A stretch of 64,000 nt of DNA, taken from IMG/VR virus record IMGVR_UViG_3300048080_000231; one strand, written 5' to 3'. This DNA is from a virus. The notes below the pieces were generated by a model, which was given only the letters and a program-made list of their open reading frames with translations, did no database searches and was not told the origin of the DNA. A program made the translations under genes and the position numbers. Within the stretch, counting starts at the first letter, position 1. Each line of letters opens with the position of its first letter. Below, one piece after another: positions 27,454-36,622 of the stretch.

Positions 27454-28954
27454 CTGCCAACTCTGCTAATGCGTATTCCGCTATTTGTTCTACCGTAATT
27501 AAACCTTTACGATAGTTCTCTTTAGCTAAAGATAAAGCCATATTAACTTCACTTTTAATGGCCTTCGTTTTTCGTCTTGCCGGCCGCCACTTGCCAAGAC
27601 TATCTAATGTACCTATTGGCCCATGCGCCTTTTCGGTTTCCATATCAGTTTGAGTTATATCATCTGTTATGTCTACCTCTAGGAAATCCTCAGAGAAGTA
27701 AGTTACGTTGTCGGCCAACATTTGGCGTATTTCTTCAGGTGTTATTGGTTGAGAAATTGGATCCCACATCTTCATAATGGTAGTTGTTTTGGTATCCTCA
27801 ATTTGTGCGCGTAGTAAATCCTCTTCATCATCTTGGAAGTCGAACTTAAATTCAATTGAAGATGGTAAGACCTTCCAATTAATAGCGCGTTCCAAAGTAG
27901 AGATAACTTTGCCAATTCCCTTGCCTTTAGCCTTTTGGTGCATTACCTGAGTTTCAGTAGCCGTACCAAGTGAACCCGAAGAGAGAGGCCAAAATTCGCG
28001 CACATCTACACCAAAGGCAAGAGCTACTATTTTGGCGTATAAATCAACTGAAGCTATCTCGTCAAAATGGTCAGGAAGATTGGAAAAGCTAATTAGTTCT
28101 GCTGAAGCTGGCTGCGCCGGGTCAAGAGAAAAAAGTGTCATTACATTTGTCCAAATCTCTTGGCCTAATCGCCGCCTTTCTCTAGCATAATTGGCTTTGT
28201 TATCCTCAAATTGTTGAGGTAGCACATTATTAAGAATGAGTAAGCCGGCTTCCGGTAAATCATCTAGCTTCTCATTCTTGTATTTGGCTATTTTAATAAG
28301 CACCTGAGATGAGGCAATTACCCGACTAACCGCACAAAAGCCGGTATTGTGAAATAGTTCATTTGGACTTGGCATATCTACCAAATGAATTACTCTAGTA
28401 GCATGTAATTTATGTAAGCTATTCTGTTTAGCATTACGAAAAACAACAGGATAAGTGGGGTCGCCGGTTAGTTGGCAAAATTGGCTATCAAGGTGGGCAA
28501 TACCCAATATTGGCCCAATAATTGGCCCGTTAGGTTCACCCGCGCCTATCAGTTCCCAGAACGCGCCTTTATCCTGAGTAAAGAAATCGGTAAGCGTCTT
28601 GGTAAGTAACGTTCCCCATCCTTGCCCAAATTCCGCTTCAGCTAGAATTGGACTATATCGTGACACTGCTTTCTTTGGCCCTTCCAAAATATAGGAAAGC
28701 GCAACGAACTTATCCACAATAGAACTAATAGCACCTTGTAGAATATCATTGCCCAGGCGCATGTAGAACTCGCGCAGGTCTCGGTCACGCTGTTCTGTCC
28801 ACCAAGGGGCAATATCAGACCCGTCTTCCCTACGCGAAAACCAATAGATACTGGGCCAGGCGTCGGTAGCTTTAGGGTCTACGCGCTTCTGGATAGATAA
28901 CTTTTCTATTTTGCCATTATCAGGTTGTTTTGTGGCTATTTGTTCTTCAGACAT
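27437..28954 (-). CDS. Portal protein
   Basis: 505 aa after the terminase; GKAFWEL-like segment, IVALAFGVDVREF..SSGSLGTATE, ERAINWKVLP. Confidence 0.85.
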   Translation of the reverse strand: MSEEQIATKQPDNGKIEKLSIQKRVDPKATDAWPSIYWFSRREDGSDIAPWWTEQRDRDLREFYMRLGNDILQGAISSIVDKFVALSYILEGPKKAVSRYSPILAEAEFGQGWGTLLTKTLTDFFTQDKGAFWELIGAGEPNGPIIGPILGIAHLDSQFCQLTGDPTYPVVFRNAKQNSLHKLHATRVIHLVDMPSPNELFHNTGFCAVSRVIASSQVLIKIAKYKNEKLDDLPEAGLLILNNVLPQQFEDNKANYARERRRLGQEIWTNVMTLFSLDPAQPASAELISFSNLPDHFDEIASVDLYAKIVALAFGVDVREFWPLSSGSLGTATETQVMHQKAKGKGIGKVISTLERAINWKVLPSSIEFKFDFQDDEEDLLRAQIEDTKTTTIMKMWDPISQPITPEEIRQMLADNVTYFSEDFLEVDITDDITQTDMETEKAHGPIGTLDSLGKWRPARRKTKAIKSEVNMALSLAKENYRKGLITVEQIAEYALAELADVGND

Positions 28955-29072
28955 AAAAAAGTCCGGTAGTCTCTCGCAGTGAGGTAAACTACCGGACTGG
29001 ATATACGAAATGACGAGCTTAGCTTAAAGCGGGTCTAATTACATTTATCTTACCATAATTATATCAAAAGGC
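28955..29072 (-). promoter_or_regulatory. Extended -10 late promoter, leader and terminator before the portal gene
   Basis: TTGATATAAT (29067-29058), AGACCCGC (29036-29029), stem agtccggtagt/actaccggact + T run (28998-28955) directly before ATG 28954. Confidence 0.6.
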
Positions 29073-29210
29073 AAAACTATTTATCCGTATTAGCATTAGC
29101 CGCCTGCATATCTTCTATCCATTTCTGAATGATACCCAAACATCGTTTAACTACATTGATAAGAAAATGACGCACCCAAGGAGGGATAGTAGATAGTTCT
29201 TCGTTCTTGT

Positions 29211-29657
29211 TCATTTTATCTCTGGCCCTCTTAGCCAATCATAGTCAAGCGCATCGTAAGCTATGCGCCCTTCATCTTCAGGATTATACACTTTACTGGT
29301 AATGTACATAAGCATAGCCGGCCCTTGTAGTACCTTGCACCCGTGGGCTACACCAGGGGGAATACGTAAGATACCGACTTGATTATCTAAAATAAACTCA
29401 GCAATTTCATTATAAGTAGAACAGTCAGAACGTCGGTCGCATAATACCACTTTAATTGTTCCAAAAACTACGCGCCACCAATCAACTTGGAAAGCATGTA
29501 TATGCCAGGCTTTAATCACATCTTGATACATCAGCGATTCTGACCATTGCCCGAAACCCTCAGTAAAAAATTCATCTGTTACTCTGATAAGTTCCCGGAA
29601 ATAGCCGCGTTCATCGCTATGCGTAATAAGTGGTTTGAGTATCACACCTTCAATCAT
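29211..29657 (-). CDS. rmlC: dTDP-4-dehydrorhamnose 3,5-epimerase (cupin)
   Basis: HSDERGYFREL, VIKAWHIH..QVD, LRIPPGVAHGCK. Confidence 0.85.
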   Translation of the reverse strand: MIEGVILKPLITHSDERGYFRELIRVTDEFFTEGFGQWSESLMYQDVIKAWHIHAFQVDWWRVVFGTIKVVLCDRRSDCSTYNEIAEFILDNQVGILRIPPGVAHGCKVLQGPAMLMYITSKVYNPEDEGRIAYDALDYDWLRGPEIK

Positions 29658-29669
29658 TTTGTATCCTCT

Positions 29670-31193
29670 CTAGATATTATAATACATAATTTTTGCACAA
29701 CTCATAGAAGTTGCTACGATTCCATCCACTTTCAAACTAGGTGAACGTTTAACTATTCGTATTCCCTCTTGCCCTGCTTTCTTGATATTGGCATTATCTA
29801 CATGTTGACGTAAAAGCGGGTTTCCATCATGAGCAATTCGCCGCGCCATAATTAAATCTTGCAGTTGCTTATCAGCTTTTAGCCGGTCAGTACCTTGATT
29901 GAACTCCTTAAAATTGGCTATTCCAGCCTTGCGCAATCGCATAGCCATATCGTGAAGTTGATAAGGGTCATAAGCCACCTCTAATACTGAAAATTCACGG
30001 CATAAACGTATAAGTTCCTTTTCGATTGGCGCAAAATCTAATAGCTGCCCCGGTTGAGGCTGCCAGATACCGCAATAGCGTACAGCTACATTCGCTTTAT
30101 TTCCAGGATGACGAGTGACGCCGACCATGGCAAAACAATCTGGTACATTAGTTTCACCACCCTTGGCGGCATCAAGAGCAATGATAAGTGGCTCATGCCG
30201 AGACAAAGTAGGTAAAGTTTCACGGCAATTATCCCACCAAATGAGATTAACAAATTTCTCAATATCACTTTCATCTTCCCAACTCGCTTCAAGTAGTATT
30301 CTAATTTCTGATGCATCAAGGGTCTGGGCACGTTTCTGTGTAAAACCGGCTTGTAAATTGCCCATGGCTTCGTTCTCTTTGGTAAGAACCGTAGCCACAA
30401 AAGCATCGCGTTTGAAGTCAGAATATTTAGCTTGTGTTTCGACTGAAAGCAAAGACAAACTCTGCTCATCTCCTTTTGCACCAGCAAAATAATCGAATAG
30501 CCAATGTTTACGGGGAGTTGTGGTCAAATAGATTTGTGGTAATTCACCATTAGGGCCGGGGATACGCACCCGACCATCAAATGTCTTAATGGCCGCCGGC
30601 GTCTTATGTCTACGCGCTTCATCAAAATAGACAAAGTTCACATTAGGCCCTTCCCACGCGCCTATTTCGGTTTCAAGTGCGCCGCCGCAAATGAGTTCAG
30701 AGAAATTGCCAAGTTCATTTTTGAGAATCATCGTAAAGGCTTGCGAGGGTTGCCATCCTTCCTGTTTGCGGTACTGTTGCTTTTCAATCACAGTTTCCCA
30801 GGGACACCACTCCTTGAACATAGGCCATAGAGATTTTTTGAAGTGTTCAAGGTCGGGGGAAACCATGATACCGGAGCAACCACGTCTAAGCCGGTCAAGC
30901 GTTTTGCTTACGCCGGCCGAAGATTTACCTCCACCTTCGCCCCCTTTAAGCAGACTATAGCGGTAAGTATTATTGGCTATGAATTGCGCGACTTGTTCAT
31001 TTTGTGGCTGATAGATTTTACCTGTACGCGAATTGGTATATTGCGCCGGCCAGGTCTTATGCGCTAGTATCTCCTCAACTTGCGCCATTACATCAGCCAG
31101 GAATTGGCTTTGCAGTCGCTTGCCGAGGGACAAATACCACTTGGCTAACTTAGGGTCTATGCGCTTAAGGTCTATAGCTTTGAGGTCTATCAT
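29670..31193 (-). CDS. terL: Terminase large subunit
   Basis: Walker A GGEGGGKS, Walker B VYFDEARR, LTTTP coupling motif, RNase H-like ALDAAK and VDGIVATS. Confidence 0.92.
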   Translation of the reverse strand: MIDLKAIDLKRIDPKLAKWYLSLGKRLQSQFLADVMAQVEEILAHKTWPAQYTNSRTGKIYQPQNEQVAQFIANNTYRYSLLKGGEGGGKSSAGVSKTLDRLRRGCSGIMVSPDLEHFKKSLWPMFKEWCPWETVIEKQQYRKQEGWQPSQAFTMILKNELGNFSELICGGALETEIGAWEGPNVNFVYFDEARRHKTPAAIKTFDGRVRIPGPNGELPQIYLTTTPRKHWLFDYFAGAKGDEQSLSLLSVETQAKYSDFKRDAFVATVLTKENEAMGNLQAGFTQKRAQTLDASEIRILLEASWEDESDIEKFVNLIWWDNCRETLPTLSRHEPLIIALDAAKGGETNVPDCFAMVGVTRHPGNKANVAVRYCGIWQPQPGQLLDFAPIEKELIRLCREFSVLEVAYDPYQLHDMAMRLRKAGIANFKEFNQGTDRLKADKQLQDLIMARRIAHDGNPLLRQHVDNANIKKAGQEGIRIVKRSPSLKVDGIVATSMSCAKIMYYNI

Positions 31194-31735
31194 TCTTTAT
31201 GCGCCTGTTGTGCGATTGCCATTAGCTCAGCGAATTGCTTTTGCACTTCATCAGCGTTATATCCATCTGGCGTCTGTTCGCGCCAGGAGACTTCAATCTT
31301 ATCAGTGAATAGGCCAAAATGCTTGCCAATAAGTTCACGCGCCTTTTGAGCATCATGGAGCTCTATTTTTGGCCCGTATCGAGTAGCCGTAATGGACTTG
31401 ATAAGATAGCCATATTTACGGATATTAGACCAATTTAGTTCAAAGCTACCATTCTTTTGAATGATAAAATCACTGATACTTAATCTAGCTTCTTGCGCGA
31501 ATCGCCAAAGAACCTCCTCGGCACTCATTACATTTGCAGTCAAAAGCTCGCGTATCTTGTTCTGAATTTTAGCTTTTCTTAACAAACGGGAAGCGGTAAC
31601 AGCAAGGACACTATCATCTTGCTGATAGCCTACGCGCTCTGCCGCTCGTGTACCATTGAAGTCTTTAACATATTCAATTGCAAATAATATTTCACGATCT
31701 ACTTGCTCATTTTGATTCATCTTTAATATAGGCAT
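31190..31735 (-). CDS. terS: Terminase small subunit
   Basis: FAIEYVKDFNGTRAAERVGY...ASRLLRKAKIQ...KIELHDAQKARELIGKH. Confidence 0.9.
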   Translation of the reverse strand: MPILKMNQNEQVDREILFAIEYVKDFNGTRAAERVGYQQDDSVLAVTASRLLRKAKIQNKIRELLTANVMSAEEVLWRFAQEARLSISDFIIQKNGSFELNWSNIRKYGYLIKSITATRYGPKIELHDAQKARELIGKHFGLFTDKIEVSWREQTPDGYNADEVQKQFAELMAIAQQAHKE

Positions 31736-31898
31736 TATGACGCCCCTCCACTACCACCGCTTTGGCCGGGCTATAAAAAATCTTATCGTATGGCGACTGC
31801 CAGAACAGGCCGCCGTAACACTTACGCCAGCCGCGTTTAGTTAGTGTCGCTAACTGTTCTTTGGACGGATAATTACTTCGCCGTGTATATTTCAACAT
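31707..31898 (-). CDS. Hypothetical protein
   Basis: 63 aa overlapping ORF. Confidence 0.45.
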   Translation of the reverse strand: MLKYTRRSNYPSKEQLATLTKRGWRKCYGGLFWQSPYDKIFYSPAKAVVVEGRHNAYIKDESK

Positions 31899-32070
31899 AC
31901 TCCTCTGTTTGTAGTAGCCCTCTCAACCGCCTGATTTCTTCTGCCAACAAGTCAGCATCCTTTGCCGTATTAAACATTCTGGTGCGAAATAACGCTTGAC
32001 GCAGTGGCAGTTCAAAATCCTGATAGGCCAGATATGCTTCAGGGGGAATGACTACATAAGGCTCAGTCAT
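31873..32070 (-). CDS. Hypothetical protein
   Basis: 65 aa overlapping ORF. Confidence 0.45.
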   Translation of the reverse strand: MTEPYVVIPPEAYLAYQDFELPLRQALFRTRMFNTAKDADLLAEEIRRLRGLLQTEEYVEIYTAK

Positions 32071-32528
32071 TCTTTCTTTCGCCTTTCTTGTCGTCGGTGT
32101 TCTACATTTGACAACCCTTGGGCAATAAGTCGAATGTCATCAATGGACATTGTGTCTATTTTATCGGGCGCAATGAGAGGCTCAAGACCAAACTGCCGAA
32201 GTTGTAAAACGGTAATCGAAAAAACAAGCTGATATTTGAGTGCATTAGCTTGCAAATTATCTATAGCATTTTCTTGAGCCGAAAAATCGGCTCTCAACTC
32301 AGTTAATTTATTTTCAGTCTCCTTTAGTCTCTGAGTAATATCTTCACGCTCTTGACGTAAACGGGCAACATCTTCTTGTAACTCATCAACCAATTTCTTG
32401 GCTGCTCCAACCAAAACATCTTGAGTAACAGCGGATGTATGACGCCGGTTGAGAAGCGAAGTCGTAATCGCAGTTATCACGCCAGAACCAATTAAAGCTA
32501 ATAAGATAGTAAGATACTGTTCGGACAT
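32067..32528 (-). CDS. Membrane-anchored coiled-coil protein (lysis-cassette type)
   Basis: N-terminal TM (LLALIGSGVITAIT) then coiled coil. Confidence 0.6.
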   Translation of the reverse strand: MSEQYLTILLALIGSGVITAITTSLLNRRHTSAVTQDVLVGAAKKLVDELQEDVARLRQEREDITQRLKETENKLTELRADFSAQENAIDNLQANALKYQLVFSITVLQLRQFGLEPLIAPDKIDTMSIDDIRLIAQGLSNVEHRRQERRKKE

Positions 32529-32732
32529 TTATTCAATCGGCTGCTTAGTTACAAAGCGCAAGATAGTACCTACGATGCTGACAAATAAAGTTGCCAAACC
32601 AATGTATTGAATTGGCAAACTATCAATAACAGCTTGAAATTCTGGCAAGGCAATAATAGCCAGACCAAGGATAGCTAGAGGAACTTGTAGGGCTATAATA
32701 GTTTTAGATTTATACCAAGATTTCATTTGCAT
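32529..32732 (-). CDS. Holin-like protein
   Basis: KSWYKSKTI...two TM helices...ILRFVTKQPI, typical of small two-TM holins. Confidence 0.65.
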   Translation of the reverse strand: MQMKSWYKSKTIIALQVPLAILGLAIIALPEFQAVIDSLPIQYIGLATLFVSIVGTILRFVTKQPIE

Positions 32733-32998
32733 TGTGCTTCAATCTCCTTTTGTGCTTCTTTCTCATATACGCGCTTAATTTCTTGTTTAGTTTCGCCGTT
32801 CAAGCGGCTTTCCAAGATATTGATATATTGCTTCTGGTATCGCGCCTCGACTGCAATCCGACACCGTACCATTTCGCTTTCTGGTAAGGCCCACCACGCC
32901 GGGCGGGAAAAGGGAAGAATGAGCATAAAGGCTATAAATACAAGTTTGGCTTGCCTTTTATTTATCCCCTGCGATTGCGCCATTTTCTCCAAAACCAT
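32723..32998 (-). CDS. Small membrane protein
   Basis: One hydrophobic segment, 91 aa. Confidence 0.45.
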   Translation of the reverse strand: MVLEKMAQSQGINKRQAKLVFIAFMLILPFSRPAWWALPESEMVRCRIAVEARYQKQYINILESRLNGETKQEIKRVYEKEAQKEIEAQCK

Positions 32999-33276
32999 TT
33001 AAGTTTAAGTTCCCACATGAACAAAGTTACTGCCACTACCTTGAAAGCATCTAATGGCAATTTGGCAATGATGTTTTCAGTTGGCAATGAAGGAAATGAG
33101 TTGATGAGCCAAATAGCATTAAAGATGCTGCCAAGCGAAAGGAGAAACATAGCCGTGGTAAGCCAATTTTCACCATGAAAAATACTGCGGGCAAAAGTAA
33201 TTACCAGGATACAATACCAAAAAATAAAGCCTGCCTCAATGGCTATGGCGATGAATAAAAGCCATTTGTAAGACAT
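32962..33276 (-). CDS. Three-TM membrane protein
   Basis: MSYKWLLFIAIAIEAG... three hydrophobic segments, basic C-terminus. Confidence 0.55.
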   Translation of the reverse strand: MSYKWLLFIAIAIEAGFIFWYCILVITFARSIFHGENWLTTAMFLLSLGSIFNAIWLINSFPSLPTENIIAKLPLDAFKVVAVTLFMWELKLKWFWRKWRNRRG

Positions 33277-33395
33277 CTCGTATCCTCTGGCAATCCAAAT
33301 AAAGCAAATTAGATAATTTTCTATCCTCAAGGGGGAGAAAAGGTTTTGCCCTCTCTCCCCCACAGGAAGGAGGAAAAGGAGATTATCCTGACAGG

Positions 33396-33406
33396 ATTAT
33401 AGCACA
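33396..33406 (-). promoter_or_regulatory. Extended -10 promoter heading the late arm
   Basis: TGTGCTATAAT identical to the 7354-7344 element; no consensus -35. Confidence 0.55.
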
Positions 33407-33430
33407 TGAAGAGGATAACATAAAAAACAC

Positions 33431-33515
33431 AACCTTAAATTTCCTAAAAAGGTATTGACTTTATTATGTTTTGCGGTTATAATTATTATAAGGTTATAAA
33501 AAAGGAGGAACAAAA
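33431..33515 (+). promoter_or_regulatory. Strong early promoter/RBS cassette, copy 1
   Basis: AACCTTAAAT..AAAAAGGTA-TTGACT-N17-TATAAT-TATTATAAGGTTATAAAA-AGGAG. Confidence 0.85.
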
Positions 33516-33755
33516 ATGAAAATTATCAAATGGACAAAATCAACCGTAAGTGAACATCACCGAACCGAGAAGTTTGGTAATTTGCTTTCCGACACTTATC
33601 AAGGAGATGTGTACTCTAATAATGATAGCACCTGGTCAGGCTGGCTGATGAATTTAAGTCAGACAGGTGGGAGTCTTTATCGGTTCGATTTTATCTCAAA
33701 ACGTGCTGCTATCAAATGGGTAAATAGCAAATTAAGAAAGAGAATAAATGCCTAA
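33516..33755 (+). CDS. Early hypothetical protein
   Basis: 79 aa with strong RBS after the promoter. Confidence 0.7.
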   Translation: MKIIKWTKSTVSEHHRTEKFGNLLSDTYQGDVYSNNDSTWSGWLMNLSQTGGSLYRFDFISKRAAIKWVNSKLRKRINA

Positions 33756-33972
33756 GCCATACGGAACAACTACATTAGGAAAAATAGATAACTGGCTAAG
33801 AAATCAACCCCCAGGGCGAGGTTTTACTTCCAAATTTCTTTGGGAATATTTATTCAAATATGAAATCTCGCGCTCTACTATCAATGCCGCCTTAAAACAA
33901 TTGGCCGCTAACAATAAAATCAGAAAAAGCCCAAAATGCCGTGGGCCAAAAACAAGATGGATAGTTCTGTAA
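33748..33972 (+). CDS. Winged-HTH-like small protein
   Basis: ISRSTINAALKQLAANNKIRK. Confidence 0.55.
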   Translation: MPKPYGTTTLGKIDNWLRNQPPGRGFTSKFLWEYLFKYEISRSTINAALKQLAANNKIRKSPKCRGPKTRWIVL

Positions 33973-33978
33973 ATATCT

Positions 33979-34063
33979 AACCTTAAATTATCTAAAAAGG
34001 TATTGACTTAATGGAGGATTGCGGTTATAATTATTATAAGGTTATAAAAAGGAGAAACAAAAA
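33979..34063 (+). promoter_or_regulatory. Strong early promoter/RBS cassette, copy 2
   Basis: Near-identical direct repeat of 33431-33515 (TTGACT 34003-34008, TATAAT 34026-34031). Confidence 0.85.
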
Positions 34064-34272
34064 ATGAAACCCGCAGATAAAGCCCACATTTTGAGCCTGC
34101 TCCCCAAGTTAAATAAAATCAACGCCCTAGACGTACTAGAGCGTACCTGCAATGTGGCGGAGACGTTCCACGCACTCAGATTTCAAATTATCTGGTTGAA
34201 CTTCACGCTTAAGGGCTTTTGAAAGCAGTAGGCGTTAGCCCGATGGGTTTTACTGAATATCAGTTAAAGTAA
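34064..34272 (+). pseudogene. Disrupted wHTH-like gene
   Basis: MKPADKAHILSLLPK...; shifted frame gives PRTQISNYLVELHA*GLLKAVG...YQLK* (frameshift plus internal TAA). Confidence 0.35.
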
Positions 34273-34577
34273 AGGTACAAAATGGAAACTTACAAAGGTT
34301 ATCAAGTTCGCAAGTCAGGAAAAGAACATTTCAGGATTTATCAAAATGGGCAATCCTGCTTTTATATGCGGGTTAAAACATTGAAGCGGCTAAAGTTCTC
34401 ATTAGTTCAAGTGGCCGCGTAATGACCCGCAAAGAAAAGAGCATTGTTTATAGTGAGCCGATGTCTCAACAGCCCACTCCACAACAAGCAGCTGTTGAAG
34501 AAATGATAAGAGCCAGAAAAATTGAAGGATTGATTTAACCTATCAGACTGAGCAAGTCATTAAAAGGCTCAAAGGCT

Positions 34578-34832
34578 TTGAAAATGCTAGCCGAAATGTC
34601 CGCCAAAGAAATGAGAAATATAAATCCAACAATCGCACAATTGTGTGAGGCGGTTGACATTCTCATCGCCGCCGGCTGGTCATTTCGGAACGCTCAACGT
34701 CCAGGCGTCCCCTGGAATGAAGGTTGGTGGATTAACCAGGCGCATTCAACTAAATGCCGCCCGGTGGGTGATAGCAAGGATTTTCACCTGGCCGCGTGGG
34801 ATACTATTAAATGTTACGTGAAGGAGAACTAA
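34578..34832 (+). CDS. Hypothetical protein
   Basis: 84 aa ORF. Confidence 0.5.
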   Translation: MKMLAEMSAKEMRNINPTIAQLCEAVDILIAAGWSFRNAQRPGVPWNEGWWINQAHSTKCRPVGDSKDFHLAAWDTIKCYVKEN

Positions 34833-35023
34833 TGGCTGGCCGTAAACCGAAACCCGAAACCAAGCTAATTCGTACAAGTATCCAACTCTCCCCTGTTCAG
34901 CGTAAGGCAATCAAAGCCTTGGCCGAACATCATGGATTAAGCAAAAGTGAAGTTATTAGATTAGCGATTGACAACTATGCCCGAAGTTGGATTTATGATT
35001 ATCAGAAAGAGAATCAAGCATGA
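34832..35023 (+). CDS. Ribbon-helix-helix (CopG-like) regulator
   Basis: RTSIQLSPVQRKAIKALAEHHGLSKSEVIRLAID. Confidence 0.8.
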   Translation: MAGRKPKPETKLIRTSIQLSPVQRKAIKALAEHHGLSKSEVIRLAIDNYARSWIYDYQKENQA

Positions 35024-35214
35024 AGAACGATAATATTGAAAGCCTCACCCGCCTCATTGGTATCGCTCTTGACCGCAAATGGCAAAAATGTTCCTGGTTT
35101 GCCGATGCGATTATCAGCTTGGATATTGAAGTATGCCAAGCTGAAGGGAATGAAAAAGGCGTACAAGAGGCAATGAAATTGGCTAAGATTTTAGAGGAGA
35201 GAAAAAGGAAATGA
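35020..35214 (+). CDS. Hypothetical protein
   Basis: 64 aa coupled ORF. Confidence 0.5.
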   Translation: MKNDNIESLTRLIGIALDRKWQKCSWFADAIISLDIEVCQAEGNEKGVQEAMKLAKILEERKRK

Positions 35215-35376
35215 AAATAACACTCGAAATTACAAACAAGCAATGCCAAAGTTGGAAATATTTTTTAACTAATCGCTATGGTAAACGGTTAATTGAAAAT
35301 CTTTTCAAAAAAGCCATAACTGAAATTGTAACCCAAGAAGCCAATAAATATCTAGCTGAAGAAGGATATACAGAAA

Positions 35377-35637
35377 ATGCCGAAATGTAGAGTTTGCCAT
35401 GAAAATGAAGCTCTATGGGCCTGGCAACCCTTTGGCCCTGGAAAGCCAAGTGAAGGATTTACTCTCTTGGGAAATCATTATCGGAGCTTTCCGGTTATTA
35501 AGATTTGTGAAAGTTGTAAGAGGAGTTACGAGGTTGGAAATGCAAAAGTTTTTACTTTTAAGCATAATTTTTATTGTATAACCAAGAATGTGGTAGAAAA
35601 ATACAACGGAGAAACTTATGAAACTTTATCACATTGA
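35377..35637 (+). CDS. Zn-binding (CxxC...CxxC) hypothetical protein
   Basis: CRVC...CESC. Confidence 0.5.
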   Translation: MPKCRVCHENEALWAWQPFGPGKPSEGFTLLGNHYRSFPVIKICESCKRSYEVGNAKVFTFKHNFYCITKNVVEKYNGETYETLSH

Positions 35638-35705
35638 AATTAAGTATCTTGGGTCTATCATCAAAGTCGTTGGTATTCACGCCCGAAACGCTTTAGACGC
35701 CTGCA

Positions 35706-35984
35706 ATGACATTGGCCGCCCCTACCCTATTGGCCCATTTGAATTTTGCGCAAGGGAGGTGGTGGTCAATGCCTGACAAAAACCGTTACGCTGCTAAATT
35801 TTTTGGTCTGCCAGTAGAACAGGTCAAATTCTACTCCGAATTGACACCGGAGCAGAAAATAAAAGTAGCTTGGATTTTTAACGCACTGAAACCAGACGAT
35901 TATATCTATGCCATAAAACGTGATGGCACTCTGGTATCAAAACGTGAAAAGCGCGTACCGTTAATGGAAGTAGAAGGTGAATGA
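35706..35984 (+). CDS. Hypothetical protein
   Basis: ORF; true start may be MPDKNRY. Confidence 0.45.
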   Translation: MTLAAPTLLAHLNFAQGRWWSMPDKNRYAAKFFGLPVEQVKFYSELTPEQKIKVAWIFNALKPDDYIYAIKRDGTLVSKREKRVPLMEVEGE

Positions 35985-36139
35985 ATCTCTATTCAATTTA
36001 TAGAAAGGAATAAGAATAATGGCAACAAAAACGATAGTTAAGGTAATTCGAATAGTTCCAGAAACAATCCAAGTTGAAAAATTATTGAAGTGGCTAGACA
36101 AGTTAGCCGCTAAAAAGTAAATTCCCTCTCTATTAATTC

Positions 36140-36167
36140 AAAAAAGGCTAGTTAACTAGCCTTTTTT
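36140..36167. terminator. Bidirectional terminator (28-bp perfect palindrome)
   Basis: AAAAAAGGCTAGTT|AACTAGCCTTTTTT between convergent units. Confidence 0.75.
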
Positions 36168-36199
36168 TATCTGCCAATTTATCGTAGTGTTATCTTCTG

Positions 36200-36601
36200 T
36201 CAGAAAGGGGTAGCCCGCGAGGATGTTTGCGAGGGAGAAGATTGGCAGATAATCAAGCGTTGTAAAGCAGACAAGGAAATATACTTAAATTCCGATTGTG
36301 ATTTTAACCACCAGAACGCAAAGATGTAGCCATAATCTATCTTACGCTTCATCCGTGCATTGCTTCGTACTAAAGTTTTTATCTCTAATTTTATCTCATG
36401 GGATTTGAATAAGCCAATAAAGTCAAGATCGGCTTGTTCAAATCCCCTATCATTGGCAAATTTCAAAATAGCCTCACGGATAAAATCACTTCTCGAACCA
36501 TTAAGGCTATCTAAAATTGCTTTTGTTTCTTCCGTATGTTGCACTGCCGGAAGCCCCTGAACCCTGAAGAATTTTCTATTACCTTGATAATTTCTACCGA
36601 T
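36200..36601 (-). CDS. RHH-type putative repressor with ATC (non-canonical or mutated) start
   Basis: SRSDFIREAILKF helix motif; AGGAGG SD 6 nt before ATC-GGT-AGA; own promoter. Confidence 0.5.
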   Translation of the reverse strand: MGRNYQGNRKFFRVQGLPAVQHTEETKAILDSLNGSRSDFIREAILKFANDRGFEQADLDFIGLFKSHEIKLEIKTLVRSNARMKRKIDYGYIFAFWWLKSQSEFKYISLSALQRLIICQSSPSQTSSRATPF

Positions 36602-36622
36602 AACACACCTCCTATTAAAATA

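Noticed and set aside
1495-30960. Many plus-strand ORFs antisense to structural and GT genes (e.g., 1495-2010, 25554-26156, 30115-30492) and minus-strand ORFs antisense to early genes
   Set aside because: Shadow ORFs of real genes: no RBS or promoter, low-complexity Ser/Leu/Ala content and no motifs
36140-36167. Protelomerase (telRL-like) site
   Set aside because: The palindrome is flanked by A/T tracts between convergent genes (terminator pattern) and no protelomerase gene is seen
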